Shown: positions 1-13,300, counted from the first letter of the stretch. The stretch is 64,000 nt of DNA from Phaeosaccion multiseriatum (GCA_965112735.1 OZ218957.1:1674001-1738000); one strand, 5' to 3'. Numbers and translations are program-made. Notes: generated by a model from the letters alone, not told the origin.

Positions 1-73
1 CACCCCTAAGCCCCTCTACTGCTCCACTCCCACCATACTCCTCTAACTGCTTGTCCTGGCACCAGAGCCTCAC

Positions 74-205
74 CTTGACATCTGTTTCCAGGCAAGAGTA
101 CTTGACACCCCCTCCCTCCATCTGCAGCTCGGCCTGGGCAGAGAGAAACAGCAGCAGCCGGATACACAACACGTCGAGGAGAGCATGATGCACACGTTAG
201 TTCGC

Positions 206-237
<32 letters not shown>

Positions 238-921
238 CGATAGCAGCCGCAGCAATTGTTTTATGCAGCAACAGCAGCACCGACATCATCCACCAAGTCT
301 TGACCCGTAAGAAGGGGGAGGAGGACTCACGCAGCGTACAAGAGTGTTCTCAAGCTCTCAAGTAGTCACCTGCACAGTCACTCCGCTCGGCGCCTTGTCC
401 GGAATCGGGTACGTGACGGTGGCTGTGAAGGGCTCCCCTGCCTGCAGAGGACACACCACCCCCTCAACATCCTCCCCATTGCACAAGTCGAACTTCTCCT
501 TGGTGAGATGAATGCCGTAGAAAGAGATGGCCACTTTGAGCTGCACGCCAGTGTCGGACGGTATAGTGACTGACGGCGTACCCTCGAGGGTCACCTGTGG
601 AGCAGCAGGGGGGGAGCAGGGGGGTTGAGGTGGGGTCGACCAATTTGCAGGACAAGCGGGGGAAGGGTTTCAATCCATAAAGCTTCTCAGCTGCCCCGCA
701 TCTTAGCCAAGCAGGAGGAGAGGGGGTTTGCGGGTCTCTCAGCTACTTACCCTCAGGTTATCTCCTCGTTCGACCGGGTATGGGCTGAGCCGAACAGCGG
801 AGACTCCTAACAAGTCCTTCGTGGATTCCTTGCACAGCTCCCACTGCCCAGCATCATCTGCGCAACTGCCTCCCACAAAGAGCGTCCATGCCAACCCAGT
901 CAACCCTACGACGCCTCTCAT
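74..921 (-). CDS. ML (MD-2/NPC2-like lipid recognition) domain protein, spliced; 3' end runs off the left edge of the window
   Basis: Exons 921-751 (signal peptide, then WELC...LSPYPVERGDNLR), 594-370 (VTLEG...KFDLC...CPLQAGE...YPIPDKAPSG.TVQ) and 133-74 (AELQMEGGGVKYSCLETDVK). All junctions are GT-AG and phase 0. Cys spacing and the PxPxxxG, DLC and CPL motifs are typical of ML domains. Confidence 0.85.
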
Positions 922-1066
922 CCCTCTTCTGATGAGTGATAAAAGGATTTTGGAAGGAGTATGTAATCCCCTAATGATCTACTTTTAATGTCGAGATCGA
1001 AACCACCTAACTCACCCCAGGGGGGCTCTCGTAATATGCCCACCAGAGCGACGATTGCAGAAGAGG

Positions 1067-3627
1067 ATGGCGTCCGTGTGCCGCGTAGCTGCTGCTTCCA
1101 AGGTAAATGGCTGTGTAGAAGGAGCGATGCTTGCTTTTTCCCGGGCGCTTTCAGAGGCCCAAGCGGCGCAGCAGCAGCTCAGCAAAGTGATTCAGCGAGA
1201 GATGGAAAGAGGAGAGGGGGAGGGGGAGGAGAAGGACTATGAAAGCAGAGAGGGAGCAGTGGGCAGTCGCGTGGGAGTTGCAACAGGGCACTGCATGCGG
1301 CTGCCGTGCCTCCAATTGTATAAGGGGGGCAGGCGGTAGCACGGATGGGGGCCACGAGATGTAGAGCTGTATTCGCTGGGTGCAACGACGACAGAGGAGG
1401 CGGGCGATAGTCAGGAGCCTGGCGCTTGTCCGAGTGACTGCAGCTGGAGCTCCTACAGAGGCATGAAGGGCTCTGCGCAGAGTCGTCGGCCGTTTCCATT
1501 GTGCTTTGAAGTGAAGGGTCGCCAGTGACGTCTGGCAAAAAAGGGAAGGGAACATGAACCTCGGCTGTCAGCTCGTCGATTGAATGCAGTAGCCACGAGT
1601 GCAGCAACCGAGGCCGAGCAAATGGGTACCCCACCAGATCACTCAGGCTCGCTCCCACTGGCAATAATAATGCCCCTTCTCTCTCAAGTGAGAAAGTTAA
1701 ACACCCCTCCCTTCCCTTTCCTCTTCCATTTCACCTCCATACTGCTCTTGCTGCCGCAGGGTGCTGTGGCGAGAGTGGGGGCCCGCAGCGGTCTTCGCTT
1801 GCTGTCCAGCCGCCCTGACCCTGTTCTGAACGCCCCCGAGAGCCACGTCACTAAGCTCAGCAACGGTGAGTGAGTGAGTGAGGGACAGCGAACAGAATCG
1901 CCTGCTCTCTCTCTCTCCGGGATTTATGGATAGGACAAGAACGAAAGGAAAGAGATCAGAGTAGGGGGGATAGATGCATTTGGGAGGAAAGACCAGGGGG
2001 AGAGCATAGGACATGAATGAATGTGGGGTAGGCATGGAGAGAAGGGTTCGAGGGGTGGGCTACAACGGTTGAACGAGGAGCCGCTCTCCTCATCAAGGAC
2101 CTTCCGGCTGCCCTTGCCCTTGCTTCATCGTTGCTGCCGTGCTCTGCTGCCAACCATACGATACACGTACACTCACCCTCTCAAACCCATGCTCAACTCA
2201 TCATCCACATCGTCGCCAAACTGTTGTAGGAATCCGAGTGGCCTCGGAGGCTCGCTCGGGAGATGTGGCGAGTGTTTCCGTATCGGTAGACTGCGGCTCC
2301 CGGTACGAGACCGAGAGCAACAACGGTGCATCCGCAGTGCTCAAGGCCCTGGCCTTTGAGGGAAAGCAGAAAGAGGTGGCCCTGCTGGGAGGAGACTTTA
2401 CAGCACAGACGAGCAGGGAGGAGACGACCTTCACTGCCACTGTGCACAAGTCACAGTTGCCTAAGGCCATGGAGGTGCTCGCAGGGGCGGTCAAGGCGAC
2501 GGGGGTGTCGGAGGGGAGCATGGCGGCCGGCAAGGCAGCAGCTCATGCGGCCATCAGAGGTGGGGAGAGAGTAAGAGGGCGAGGGGTGAGAGAGAGGGAG
2601 AAGGGGGGGTCGACTTGGGGGGTTGGGGGGGGGGGAGGGGGTTGACTTGTATGCGTATCTTCCTCGCGAGCTCCTCCCTCCACGAAGCACCGTCACTCGA
2701 CTCGAAGAATCCCTCCCTTGATCCTGGATGGAGCAGGCAGGCTTCGTGTGTTTCTCTGTCTGGTTACTGCGTCTAAGATTATTCCTTCATCCCTCATCCC
2801 CCCCCCCCCCCCCTCTTCCTCCGCCTCCTCCCCTTCCAACCCAAACCAACGGGAATCCCCTCCGATTTGTCGTACACCCCCACCCCCCCCAAACCCAAAC
2901 CGCCCATCCCACACCGGTTGGTGATATACGCAACATTCACACAGCCGCCGCCATGAACCCCGACGCGGTAATCTTCGAGCATCTGCACGACGCCGCCTAC
3001 CTGGACAGCAGCATGGGGCTGAGTTCGCTGGGCACAGACGAGAGCGTGGCGGGACTCAGCGCTGACCAAGTGCAAGCCTTTGCCAAGCAGGGCTTCTCGG
3101 GCTCACGAGTCGTGGTGGGGGCGTCCGGCGCCGTTGATCAGGTGTGTGTGGGGGAGCTCCTTTGCTATGATGAGAGTATGTTGAAATAAATGTTACCAAT
3201 TCAGCTTTTATCGCAGATGATTTTAGGCGATACAACGCTTGGGTAGGGGGTAGAGGGGGCGGAGTGGTGTGGCGTGGCATGGGTTTGGGGGGTTAGTAGG
3301 GATTGAAGTTAGGCTTATTACACACGTATACTTCCCTCCTTCCCCTCTGTGCCTCCCCGCTCTCTCTCCGTCCTTCCTTGCATATACCCACACACCCACA
3401 CACACGCTCCCTCCTCCATGCGCCTTGGATCATCAGGCTGCTGTGTCAGACCTGACATCTAACCTGTTGGGTGACCTGCCCGTGGGCGACAAGCTCTCTC
3501 CCCCCATGGCCCCCGGCCTCTTCACTGGCTCGGACAAGCGGATGAGATTCGATAGCATGGAACTGTGAGTGCCCGTTTCTCTCTCTCTATCTCTCCCGTT
3601 CTCTCGCTCTGTCTATCTCCCTGTCTG

Positions 3628-3671
<44 letters not shown>

Positions 3672-4814
3672 CGCTTACCTCTCTCTCTCTCCTTGTCCGT
3701 GGTGGCGCACATTTACCATAGCACTTCCCTTCCGACTACTCGAGTCGAGTCTTGCTCTCTTATTGGTCTTACCCACTTGGGACAATGCGACACAAGCTGA
3801 CGCCTGACGACTTTCCCCTCTCCTTACGACCTACTGCCCCGTCGCCTTCCCCCTTGACACACGACCACCACAACAACACATCACCAGTTGCAACATTGCC
3901 ATCGCCTTTGAAGGGGCGAGCACCGGCAGCAAGGACGTCATCCCCTTGATGATGCTCCAATCCGTGCTCGGCTCCTACGACTACACCAGCGGAAAGGCGC
4001 AGTACAAGGCCTCCGCCTGGGCGCGAAGTCTGGCCGCAGACGAGGCCGCCATCTGTGGCTCGGTGTTCAACATTAACTACAAGGTAATTAATTAACACCT
4101 TCCTATCTGGGTAGCGGAAGTACCTACCGCATGCTAACTCCGCTGAACCTATTCCCCGTTAACCTCCGTTTCACAACCTCCGTTAATCTCCGTAATCCAC
4201 CGTTAACCGACCCCCCCCCCCCCTACCCTCCCCTCTCCTCTCTCCGACACAGGATACCGGTATGTTTGGCATCAGTGGGGTGACGGTGCCCAACAAGGCT
4301 CAGCTGTTCACAAGGCACGCATTGGAGCACCTTGTGCGGATGGTGCACGAACTCACGGACGAAGAGGTTGTCAGGGCTAAGCAGCAACTCAAGGTGTGTG
4401 GGGGCTGGCAGAGGATGTGGGTGGCAGTGGATGGCGGTGGGTGACAGTGGATGGGTACTAACACTATTGCCACCTGCCCCTGGCTCACAACACTTTGCCT
4501 CGTCTCCGTTCTTTGGTCCGGCACGCTCCCCTTTTTCTTCCACTTCCCCACTTCCACAGACCGATTTGCTGCTGAAGGAGCAGGGAGCAGCAGCAACAGC
4601 ATCGAGCATCAGCAGCCAAGTGCGAGCCTACGGTCGCCGAGTCGGCCTAGCGGAGATGCTGGCAAGGATCGACGCCGTGACCACCGAGGACATGACAGAC
4701 ATGGCCAACAGGACCATCAACGATAAGGACCACGCCCTTGCCGCAGTGGGGCCAATCCACGAACTGCCTGACTACAACTGGATCAGACGCCGATCTTACT
4801 GGCTGAGGTATTAG
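1067..4814 (+). CDS. M16-family mitochondrial processing peptidase beta / complex III core-1-like protein, multi-exon, catalytic motif degenerate
   Basis: Presequence-like MASVCRVAAASK|GAVARVGARSGLRLLSS, then VTKLSNG|IRVASE, VDCGSRYETESNNG, AQTSREET, FEHLHDAAY, FTGSDKR, NINYK|DTGMFGI and the C-terminus AVGPIHELPDYNWIRRRSYWLRY*. Exons are bounded by GT-AG. The first exon is less certain. Confidence 0.88.
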
Positions 4815-5507
4815 GCAAGGAGGCAGCAGGGGATATGGCCAGGCCGTCAGGCGAGGGGCAGGCAGGCGAGGAGGTCAGAAGCGAGCAGGCTAGGACCGGG
4901 TTGTGTGCATGTGGTCCATCTTCTCTCCACGTTCGGAGGAGGAGACAGGGTGGCGTGGGGTGGGGTGGGGTGGGGTGGGCAGCAGGAGAGAAAACGCGAG
5001 AACGAGAAGGAGACGCCTCTTCGAGTCTGGGCCACTTCATTCTCGGTACCATCATCGCGGCTGAGAAGCGCGTACGGAAGGAGGGCATATAGAAGATAGA
5101 CGGGCCTTCGTTGTGGATGCTCTTTGCTGTGGTCGTGTCTGCGTTGTGTGTTTCGTCGGCTTGAAACACTTGACTTCCATCTTCATCTCGTCTCTACCCC
5201 CTTCCCTTCCTGTAAGGCAGAGGGGGCAGTTTAAGGGAGAAGATGACTCTTATCCAATTGCTTTCGAATGTGTAACGATGCCATGAGGTTGGGAGGCAGG
5301 AGGGGAAGTTTGTGTGTGTTTTTGTATACTTTCGTTTTTTGTACGTACAGACCAGCAACGAGGGCGACAGGTGCAGAGAGGATGGCAGTGGATGGATGTT
5401 GTAGTCAAGCAGGCAGGGCAAGAGAGGCAGAGGTGGAGATGAGGTTTAATGTAATGAAGGGCGCGAAGTGTTTAACACTGTTAAAAGCTACTGGCCTCAA
5501 GGGGCAT

Positions 5508-6074
5508 ATCAAATCAAATCGGCAAGCTTGAGAGACTTGGCCACGAGGAAAGGCCCCTCCTCGTCGGTAGCCTTGACCCGGCTCATGCCTTCCGTGCTAC
5601 CGCCGCCTCCCTGCACAGCCAACACAACACACATGAATACATCCAGAGGGCAACAGCAGCAGAGCAGAGCAGAGCAGAGCAGCAGCGAGGGCCCGGCGTA
5701 AGGGCGACAGGGCGCAGCTGCTTCACACAAGTCCGTGTGTACGGGTCACGTCAAGCACGGGGCAGAATGTTAGAAGTCGTACTTTAACTAGACTGATACC
5801 TATCCTCTCAAATCAGACCCCGCTAGGGAATTCACAGGATAGGTACCAGTCTAGCAAAAGTACGACTTCTACCAAGAACACTCCCAGCATCCATCGTGGC
5901 AGTGGCAAGGCGTGAAAGTCACTCGCCCCATTACCCTCCTCCCTGTTGGCTTATTCCAACCCATAACCCCTTGGACAAGACTCGCAGACACTTCCTCCCC
6001 TCTCTCTCCTCGTCTATGCCCTCGGTCTTCCGCTGTCTCCTGCCCCAAGCCTCCGACCCCTAACACCCCCTAGC
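5508..6074. repeat. Direct-repeat copy 1 (paralog of 21655-22110), followed by a (CCCA)n tract
   Basis: Near-identical from ATCAAATCAAATCGG to ACCCCCTAGC, apart from the MITE present only in this copy. Confidence 0.9.
5768..5874. mobile_element. 107-bp MITE with ~39-bp imperfect TIRs, TG...CA ends and a 4-bp TSD (AGAA)
   Basis: Left end TGTTAGAAGTCGTACTTTAACTAGACTGATACCTATCCT; reverse complement of right end TGGTAGAAGTCGTACTTTTGCTAGACTGGTACCTATCCT. AGAA at 5764-5767 and 5875-5878. The paralogous site near 21905-21920 is empty. Confidence 0.85.
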
Positions 6075-7080
6075 CCTGTTGCGATACGTAAGGCCTCCCT
6101 TTATCGCAACAAGCCCCCCCCCGACCCACCCACACACACCCGCCCACCCACCCACCCACCCAGTCACCCGCTCACCCACCCACCCAGTCACCCGCTCACC
6201 CACCCACCTATCCACCCATCCACACCCACCCACCATGGTACGATGGTGCAAGCCAAGCTTCACCGTGGCGAAGATACGCAGGAGATGAGCTGGACGGCTT
6301 CGCGTCACTACATCCCCAGTCCCGAGGTATCAGCACCAGCACAAGCCCCTGCCACGCGCCCCACACGCACGCACGCTCGCAGCGCCTTCCGTCCCCGCCT
6401 CTTCTTCTCACTCGCCACCACCATGCCCTCCTCCAGCACCTCCCACTCGTCCTGCTGCTTCTCGTCATCCTCATCACCCCCTCCTCCTCCTGAGCGATAG
6501 CGCTGGTAGGCAGACACAAAGCCTCGAATCGTGCTCTCCAGGCTGGTCCCCTTCCTCTTGGTGCGCACAGCGTAGTGGGGCAGCAGCAACACCTTACTCT
6601 GGCCCACAGACACCACCACGCCATTCGACAACTCCCTGTCCCGGTGGCCCCAGCAGGCCATGGCAGCGTCGGCAGCAGCATCTTCCAGCTCTCTCCACAG
6701 ACCATTGGGAAGCTGAATCTCATCCCCGACATGAAGCCCCAGCCTAGCAAGCAAACCTCCTCCATCCCCATCCTGCTCCGCTGCTTCCTTCTCTTCCTGC
6801 TGCCTCTCCCCTCCCTCAACTGAAGGGGGGAACTTCGCCCTCTTCCTTCCTCTCGTATCGATGTCGGTGGCAGCTCCTCGCTTGGGTTCAGGCGTGCCCT
6901 GGGTTATCTCCCCCGTCTGCTCCGCTCCCTCCCTTTTCATTCGAGCATGGCGTGTACACATCCCACCACATCCACCTCTTCCTTGCTTCTCACACCCCTC
7001 CACAGTACACCTCTTAAGTATCCTCACAGCTCCATGCCTAGTGCACAATCCTCCTTGGACCCGCTGCTTCTCACACCCCT

Positions 7081-7223
7081 TTCCCCATTATCCTCTACTC
7101 TACCACCCTTACCATCCTCTTCTCCTCCACATCACGCTCCATCAATACCACACATACACACATCTACACATGGTTACAACTTACCTCGAGCGCTCCAATA
7201 CTGAGCCCATAAGCTCTAATATA
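7081..7223 (+). mobile_element. 5'-truncated retrotransposon copy A0 (143 bp of 3' UTR), 14-bp TSD
   Basis: Matches the last ~143 nt of the full element. CTTCTCACACCCCT at 7067-7080 and 7224-7237. Confidence 0.93.
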
Positions 7224-7311
7224 CTTCTCACACCCCTCCACAGTACAAGTCTTGACCACAGCTCCATGCCTAGTGCACAATCCTCCTTGGACCCGCTGCT
7301 TCTCACACCCC

Positions 7312-10300
7312 ATCTTTTTTTCTGCTTAAGACAGGGCCACCATGGAAGGGGACGACAGGGGGGCCACGCGGCCCCCCGGAGCCCAGGAGACACCAGCAAA
7401 CCTCACAGCAACCCAGCAGGAGCCACCTATGAGCCGCGATCAGCAGCGGCTCGAAAGAAGGGAGAGACGGGCAGCGGCAGCAGCAATTCGCCAAACACCA
7501 GCACGGGAAGGCGTGCCCACCCCCATCACGGCTCCACCAGCGGCCGCAGCACCCCGCAACACCCTCCCGCAGGACCCACAGCTCCCACCAGCACTCACGG
7601 AACCCACAGCAACAGCAGCGGAAGCCCACCCCCAGCAGCAGCAACCACAACCGATCTCAACGACACGGCAACAAACAGCACCAGCCGCCAGGAGATCTAC
7701 CACGCCCGCCAGCGAGACAACAGGCCCTACAACAGCACCACCCCCCACAGCGACCAGCCCAGCACCCATGCAGCCAACCACGAGGCCAAGGGGACGAAGC
7801 AGGACCCCCCGAGCACGCAGCCCGGAAAGGCCAACCGCCACTTTCCGAGCCTCAGATCCAGCCCAAACCACCAACGCGTCAACTCACAGAAACGCACACG
7901 GGATCACAGAGCAAATCGTCTCCATCCTCCAAGACGAATACGAAGACACCCACCTCACAGCCACGACCCCCATACGGCAACACCCGAACCTCTTCTTCAA
8001 CGAACAAGCGCCAGCATCCGCCAGCCGACGCATCAGCGCTGAGTTCGCAAGCCTAAACCTCACCGCGACGGAACTGACCCACCACAACACGGCCGAGGCC
8101 ATCGCCGACCTCGTACGACCACCCCCCACGACGCACGAGGAAGAGACAGCATCACTCGAAACAGACACGCATGGACACGCACCAACGACATGGAGCAACA
8201 CCATACGCCACCAGCGCGACGCGGCGCTCCCGCCTACCAACTCGCACTTCTATATGCCCCTCCTCAGACAAGCTCTAAGGAGCGGAGGCCCCCCCACCAC
8301 CCCCGGAAGACCACATGGGGGAGGAGATTACCCCCTTGGATGGCAACAGATCGTAGAGGCCTATGCCCACACGCTCGCAGGCCAAGAGATCACCTCCAAC
8401 GAGTTGGTCAACGACTACATCACCGCCTCACGACAGGAGGAACTCATCGCGGTATTACCCGACGTCCAAGCCATCGTTGAGCGCTACGGCCACGCCCTAC
8501 GCGACCACACCAACAACACCACCACCTCCCCCTTCGCCAACACCATGGCCACACCGTGGTGGGCGCCGGGGCAAGCCCTCGCCTTACGCACGAGGCAGGC
8601 CCCCCGGGGAACCGCACCAGGACCGCCAACACCCCCCACCCACAGTGACACAACCACGCCACAGACGGACGACACCCACAACAACACCACAGCGTACCGC
8701 AGGAACATTGACAACAACTACATCGCCACGGGAGTCCTCTGCAACTTCGAACAGTGCAATGACACCTTCGTCACGGTCGGCAGGTCCAGAGACCGCCTCA
8801 ACAGGCACCAGTTGAGCCACCACCCCAACCGCGGCCGAGAGTGGGAACGATGGATGCGCGAACACCACCCCCAGGCCGCGTCAATCCTGTGGTACCGCGC
8901 CAACGGCCCACAGAGCGGACCACAGAACAGAACGTATCAGCTACGTGACTGTATACGTGGATGCGGCAACCTGGCCCACAGAAACTCCGGCAGATCCCTC
9001 CTCAGAAGCTTCCCGCAAGCAGGCCTACGGCAGCCCATATGCCACACATGCATACGAGCATACGAAGCAGCACACCTCCCGGCATCGTCAACCATCCCAC
9101 CACGAGCTCGCAGCATGCCCCCACCGACAAGAGCAGGTGGGACAGACACTACACGGGAGCACGACCCGGAGGGAGAAGGGAGAGGAGAGCGAGCGGGACA
9201 CAGGGGAGGGGGACGAGGAGACCGCGACGGAAGAGTAGTAGCAGGGGGGGAGAGGGCGAAAACAGCAGAGGCGGAGGAGAGCGCCCAGCACTGGCACGGG
9301 AAGCAGCGGCAGAAGGAGGGGAAGGGCAAGCAGAGGGAGGAGGTGACGAAGCAGAAGGAGGAGGCGACCCCACCAACAACGAGGAGCTACCCAACTGCCC
9401 GGTGTGTATGGAACCGCTCACTGGCCAAGCACAAGTCGCCATGCACGAAGACGAACATCACGTGCACAACCACTGCGCATTGGGAGTCATGAGCACGTAC
9501 CCCAACCGCAACGACCACCTCTGCCCCTACTGCCGCAACCCCTGCTACCGGCACACGATCGAGCAGGCCATCACAGCACAAGGAGGGAGAGCTATGGGCC
9601 GCGCAAGGGATCGCCTAGCGAGGGAGCGCAGAGAGTCGCATCAGCAGCACGCGCAGGCCAGCCAAGGACGGCGCCGCCAGTCCCAGCCACCCCCCACCAC
9701 CCGACACACACCCCCACCCCAACCTACCGCCCCCCCAGCCCCGATATGCTGCATATGCATGTCTGACGCGGACCCCCCTTTCATCGCACCAACCACGGAG
9801 TGGCCAGTACGCACCCGACGCTGCCAACACACCGTTCACCCCGCGTGCCTCCTTCACCACCTGAACGACCAAGCCACACTGAGGAGAGCCAACCAGCAGC
9901 CCGTCATACCACCAGGCAACCTCCCCTGCCCCGCGCAAGGCTGCATGGCTGGCTACCAAGCTCAACGAGCCATCCCCGCCCTCAGGACCATCCTCACCCA
10001 AGGCAACGCAGCATCGGCCTACCAAGGCCCCCTCAACGACCTCGAGAACGCCTATCTAGGCCCAGACCCAAACGAGGACCCGTCGCGTACGGCAACGCCC
10101 CAGCACACGACAGCAACGGCCAGGCTCAACCCGTACCAACCCACCACCCCCACGGGCAGAGGAGGAGGGCGAGGGCACGCGGAAGGAGGAGGAGGAGGAG
10201 GAGGAGCAATCGCAGCAGCGCCAAGTGGAGTAGAAGGACGAAGAGGAGGACGAGGGAGGGGGGAAGGAAACGGACAAGGAGCAGCAGCAGAGAGGGGACC

Positions 10301-13300
10301 TCAGAGAGAAAGGGCAGGGGGAGATAGCACACGCACGCAAGGAACCACAGCAGCAGCAGCGAGACGAGGGGGAGGAGGACGGAGCAGAGGCCAAGGAGGT
10401 AGCGGCGGGGACGGAGGGGACGGAGAAGGGCCAGCCAACGACGATACACCCGAGGAAGGATGGCCCATGCAGCACCCAAACGTCCTCCGCCTAGGGGCCC
10501 TGGACCCGCAGGGTACCATCCTCTCAACACTCGTGTTTGAGACAGTAGCGCAGTGCAACCCCCGCCACGTAAGCTTGATTATCAGCTTACAGCAAAGAGC
10601 GCTCAACAACTGGAACAGGGCGCTGAGGGCCCACAAGAACGGACCCACCGACGCCACCCTCCACACCCTTCTGGCATGGGATGTCTTCCACCACCTCCTC
10701 CCTGCCATGCTCTTCTCTAAAGACGGAGCCTACAGCCGCCAGCAGCGGATACAGATGGTCCTCGACCTCGACATCGCCCCACTCGCACAAGCAGCGATAG
10801 CCACAGCACACGCACGCCGCCCACCACCCCCAGCACAGGCACAGACAGAGGAGCGACGGAGAGAAACCTGCGCCCACCTGCTCACCAAACCCGGAGGCCT
10901 GCACAAGGCCGCGGCGAGGCTCAGCACAAAGAGCAGAGACGGCCACCTCCCTCCCACACACGAGACCTTTCGACGCCTCCAGCAAGCGCACGTCGACGAG
11001 AGCCTCGAAGAGATCAACACAGCAGCAACAGCAGCCAGGGAGTACGCCAGAACCCAGGTGCAGGAGCACCCCGAGAATGGCAACGACGTCACCAGAGAGG
11101 AGATCAGCACAGCCATGCTGCTGACCTACCGGAGGGTCAACTACTGGAAGGGCCAAGGAGCAGACGGGCGCAGGGCGAGCCACGTCAAGTACCCCCCGGA
11201 CAGCCCCCAGGAGTACGCAATCGTGGAGGCTCTGACTGACACCTACGAGCTGCTCCGAACGGGGGACACTCCACTGCCTCCACAGCTCGCCAAACGGTGG
11301 TTCAGCACCAGCGCCGCAGCCCTCGGCGAGAAAGCGCGTCCTGTGACATCCCCCAACCTCTACCGCAGCCTCGTGGAGAGCTGTCACATGAAGCTCATCG
11401 CGGACAGGGTGGGCCCAGAGCTCAGAAGCGCAGGACAGCTAGCGGTAGCGGTCAGAGGCGGAGGGGAAACACACGCCGCAGCAGCCCAGCTAGCGCACGA
11501 TGCCGGCAAAACCGTCGTGCTGCATGACATCACCAAGGCCTACACCCGCGTGTCGCGTGCCAGAGGCGTCCTAGCCTCAGGCGCACTCCCTACCATCGAC
11601 CCAGCAGGCATCAACTACGCCATCGCCAGCCTCTCCCACGCCTCCGCCCACAACGCCCTCACACCAGACGGCACCCAGACCATCCACCAGAGCTCCGGAG
11701 TCAACCAAGGAGCACCAGAAGGGCCTCTCATGTTCGCAGCCGCCATCCACCCAGTGCTGAAAGTTCAGAACACAGCCGACACCGCAGCGAACCGCCCCAC
11801 CATCTCCGCCTACGCAGACGACCTCATGGACCAGCTGGAACCCGACGCACCCCTACAGACCTACGCCCCACGCCATGCCCATCTCCAAGCCCAATTCCGA
11901 GGCTTGGGCCTCGAGTTCAACGAGAGGAAAACGGTTTACCTCATGGGCAAAGGCAAGCAGCCAACACAGGCTGACAGGGACCACGCCCAACGGCAGGGCG
12001 CCACACTTGCCACCGAGGGTACCGTGGTAGCCGGCATCCCCGTCGGCACGGAGGAGTACATCGAAGAGTACCTCCGCAACATCCTCGGCCAAGAAGACCC
12101 CAGGGGCTACCTCCAACTCGCCAAACACTGCAGCGAGTGGGACAACACCCAGGCGGCCACCCTCGTCCTCCTCCAATGCCTCCCAGCCAGGCTCACACAC
12201 CTGGCGAGAGCCATTGACCCCTCCATCTTCCGACGCGCCCTCGGCAGCAGGGCAGACCGCACCAACAGGGCGACACTGGCCCACATCATGCGCCTCCCCG
12301 ATGCCCCCCCTCTGGAGCAGGCCGCAGATGCACAAGAGGAGCCATGGACGGAGACACAGCGCCTACAAATGCATACGGCACGGCGCTTCGGCGGCCTCGG
12401 CCTCACCAGCCTCCACGACATCGCCCCAGCAGCATACCTTGGCAACAAGATGCTCACCCTCCCCCCCCTGCTCAGCCGCACCGCACGCCGGGACGGCTCC
12501 CAAGAGAGCGCCCTACCGGACCAGCTGTTCACCAACGGAGCCCTCAAGAGCGTCGCCGACAGCGTCAACCTCCTGCACGAGGAGGGGGTCCCTGAGGCCC
12601 CCCTCATCCAAGCAGTGGGTCAGGCACAGTTCGACGAGGCCCGCTCACGCGTACTCGAGCCGCCTGACCACCAAGCCCAAGACACAGCGCGACGCAACGT
12701 GCGCAGGAGCCATCAGGCAGGCCGTCAACCGACCCACGGCGTCCAGAAGGCCCTCACCACCTTCATCCACAAACGCCGCCATGAGGAGCTGACGCAGAGC
12801 ATCGCCACCATCGACGTCACACCGGCAGAGGCACAGAGGGGAGAGGAGACACAGGAAATGGCAACAGCCCGACTCCACTCACAGCGAGGAAGGGGCGCCA
12901 TGGCCTTCCTCGGAGCGCTCCCCCACGGCCACAACACCATGGCCCCCGCAGAATGGACCATGGCCCTTCGTCGCAACCTCGGTGTCAACACGCCATACGC
13001 GGACCCGCCCCCACCCTGCCTCGGCACAGGCTGCGCCCGCACGGCAAGCACCACCCACGCCACCATCTGCCCCCGCACCGGCCTCCACAACCACACACAC
13101 CACCTCCTCGTCAAGGCCTTCGGGAGGATGATGCACAGCGTGGGCATTGGAGGAGCACGTGTAGAGGACCAGACCTGCTTCGACGGCCCCACGGGCACCC
13201 GAGCAGGCCGAGACCTACGCATGGACCTGACCTATCCCGCAGGTAGCTTCCCGGGAGCGGACGCACCCCTGCGGAGAAACCTCCTCTGCGACATCACCGT

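Noticed and set aside
358-360. In-frame TGA (selenocysteine or readthrough) in the ML gene
   Set aside because: It lies inside an intron that starts at CAG|GTGACT (370/369); the next exon, 133-74, continues the domain.
7301-7311. Telomeric-repeat target (GGGGTGTG resembles TG1-3)
   Set aside because: The motif occurs once per 75-bp coding unit and no telomeric array is present.
9241-9260. Two-ORF organisation or programmed frameshift between ORFs 7342-9492 and 8961-13715
   Set aside because: The G-run is G7, G6, G8, G8 and G6 in the five copies covering it, and G8 gives one continuous ORF. The other frameshifts are also in homopolymers and differ between copies, so long-read error or slippage is more likely.
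10587-13222. Antisense ORFs repeated in every element copy
   Set aside because: Shadow ORFs of a GC-rich coding strand; they recur only because the copies are nearly identical.
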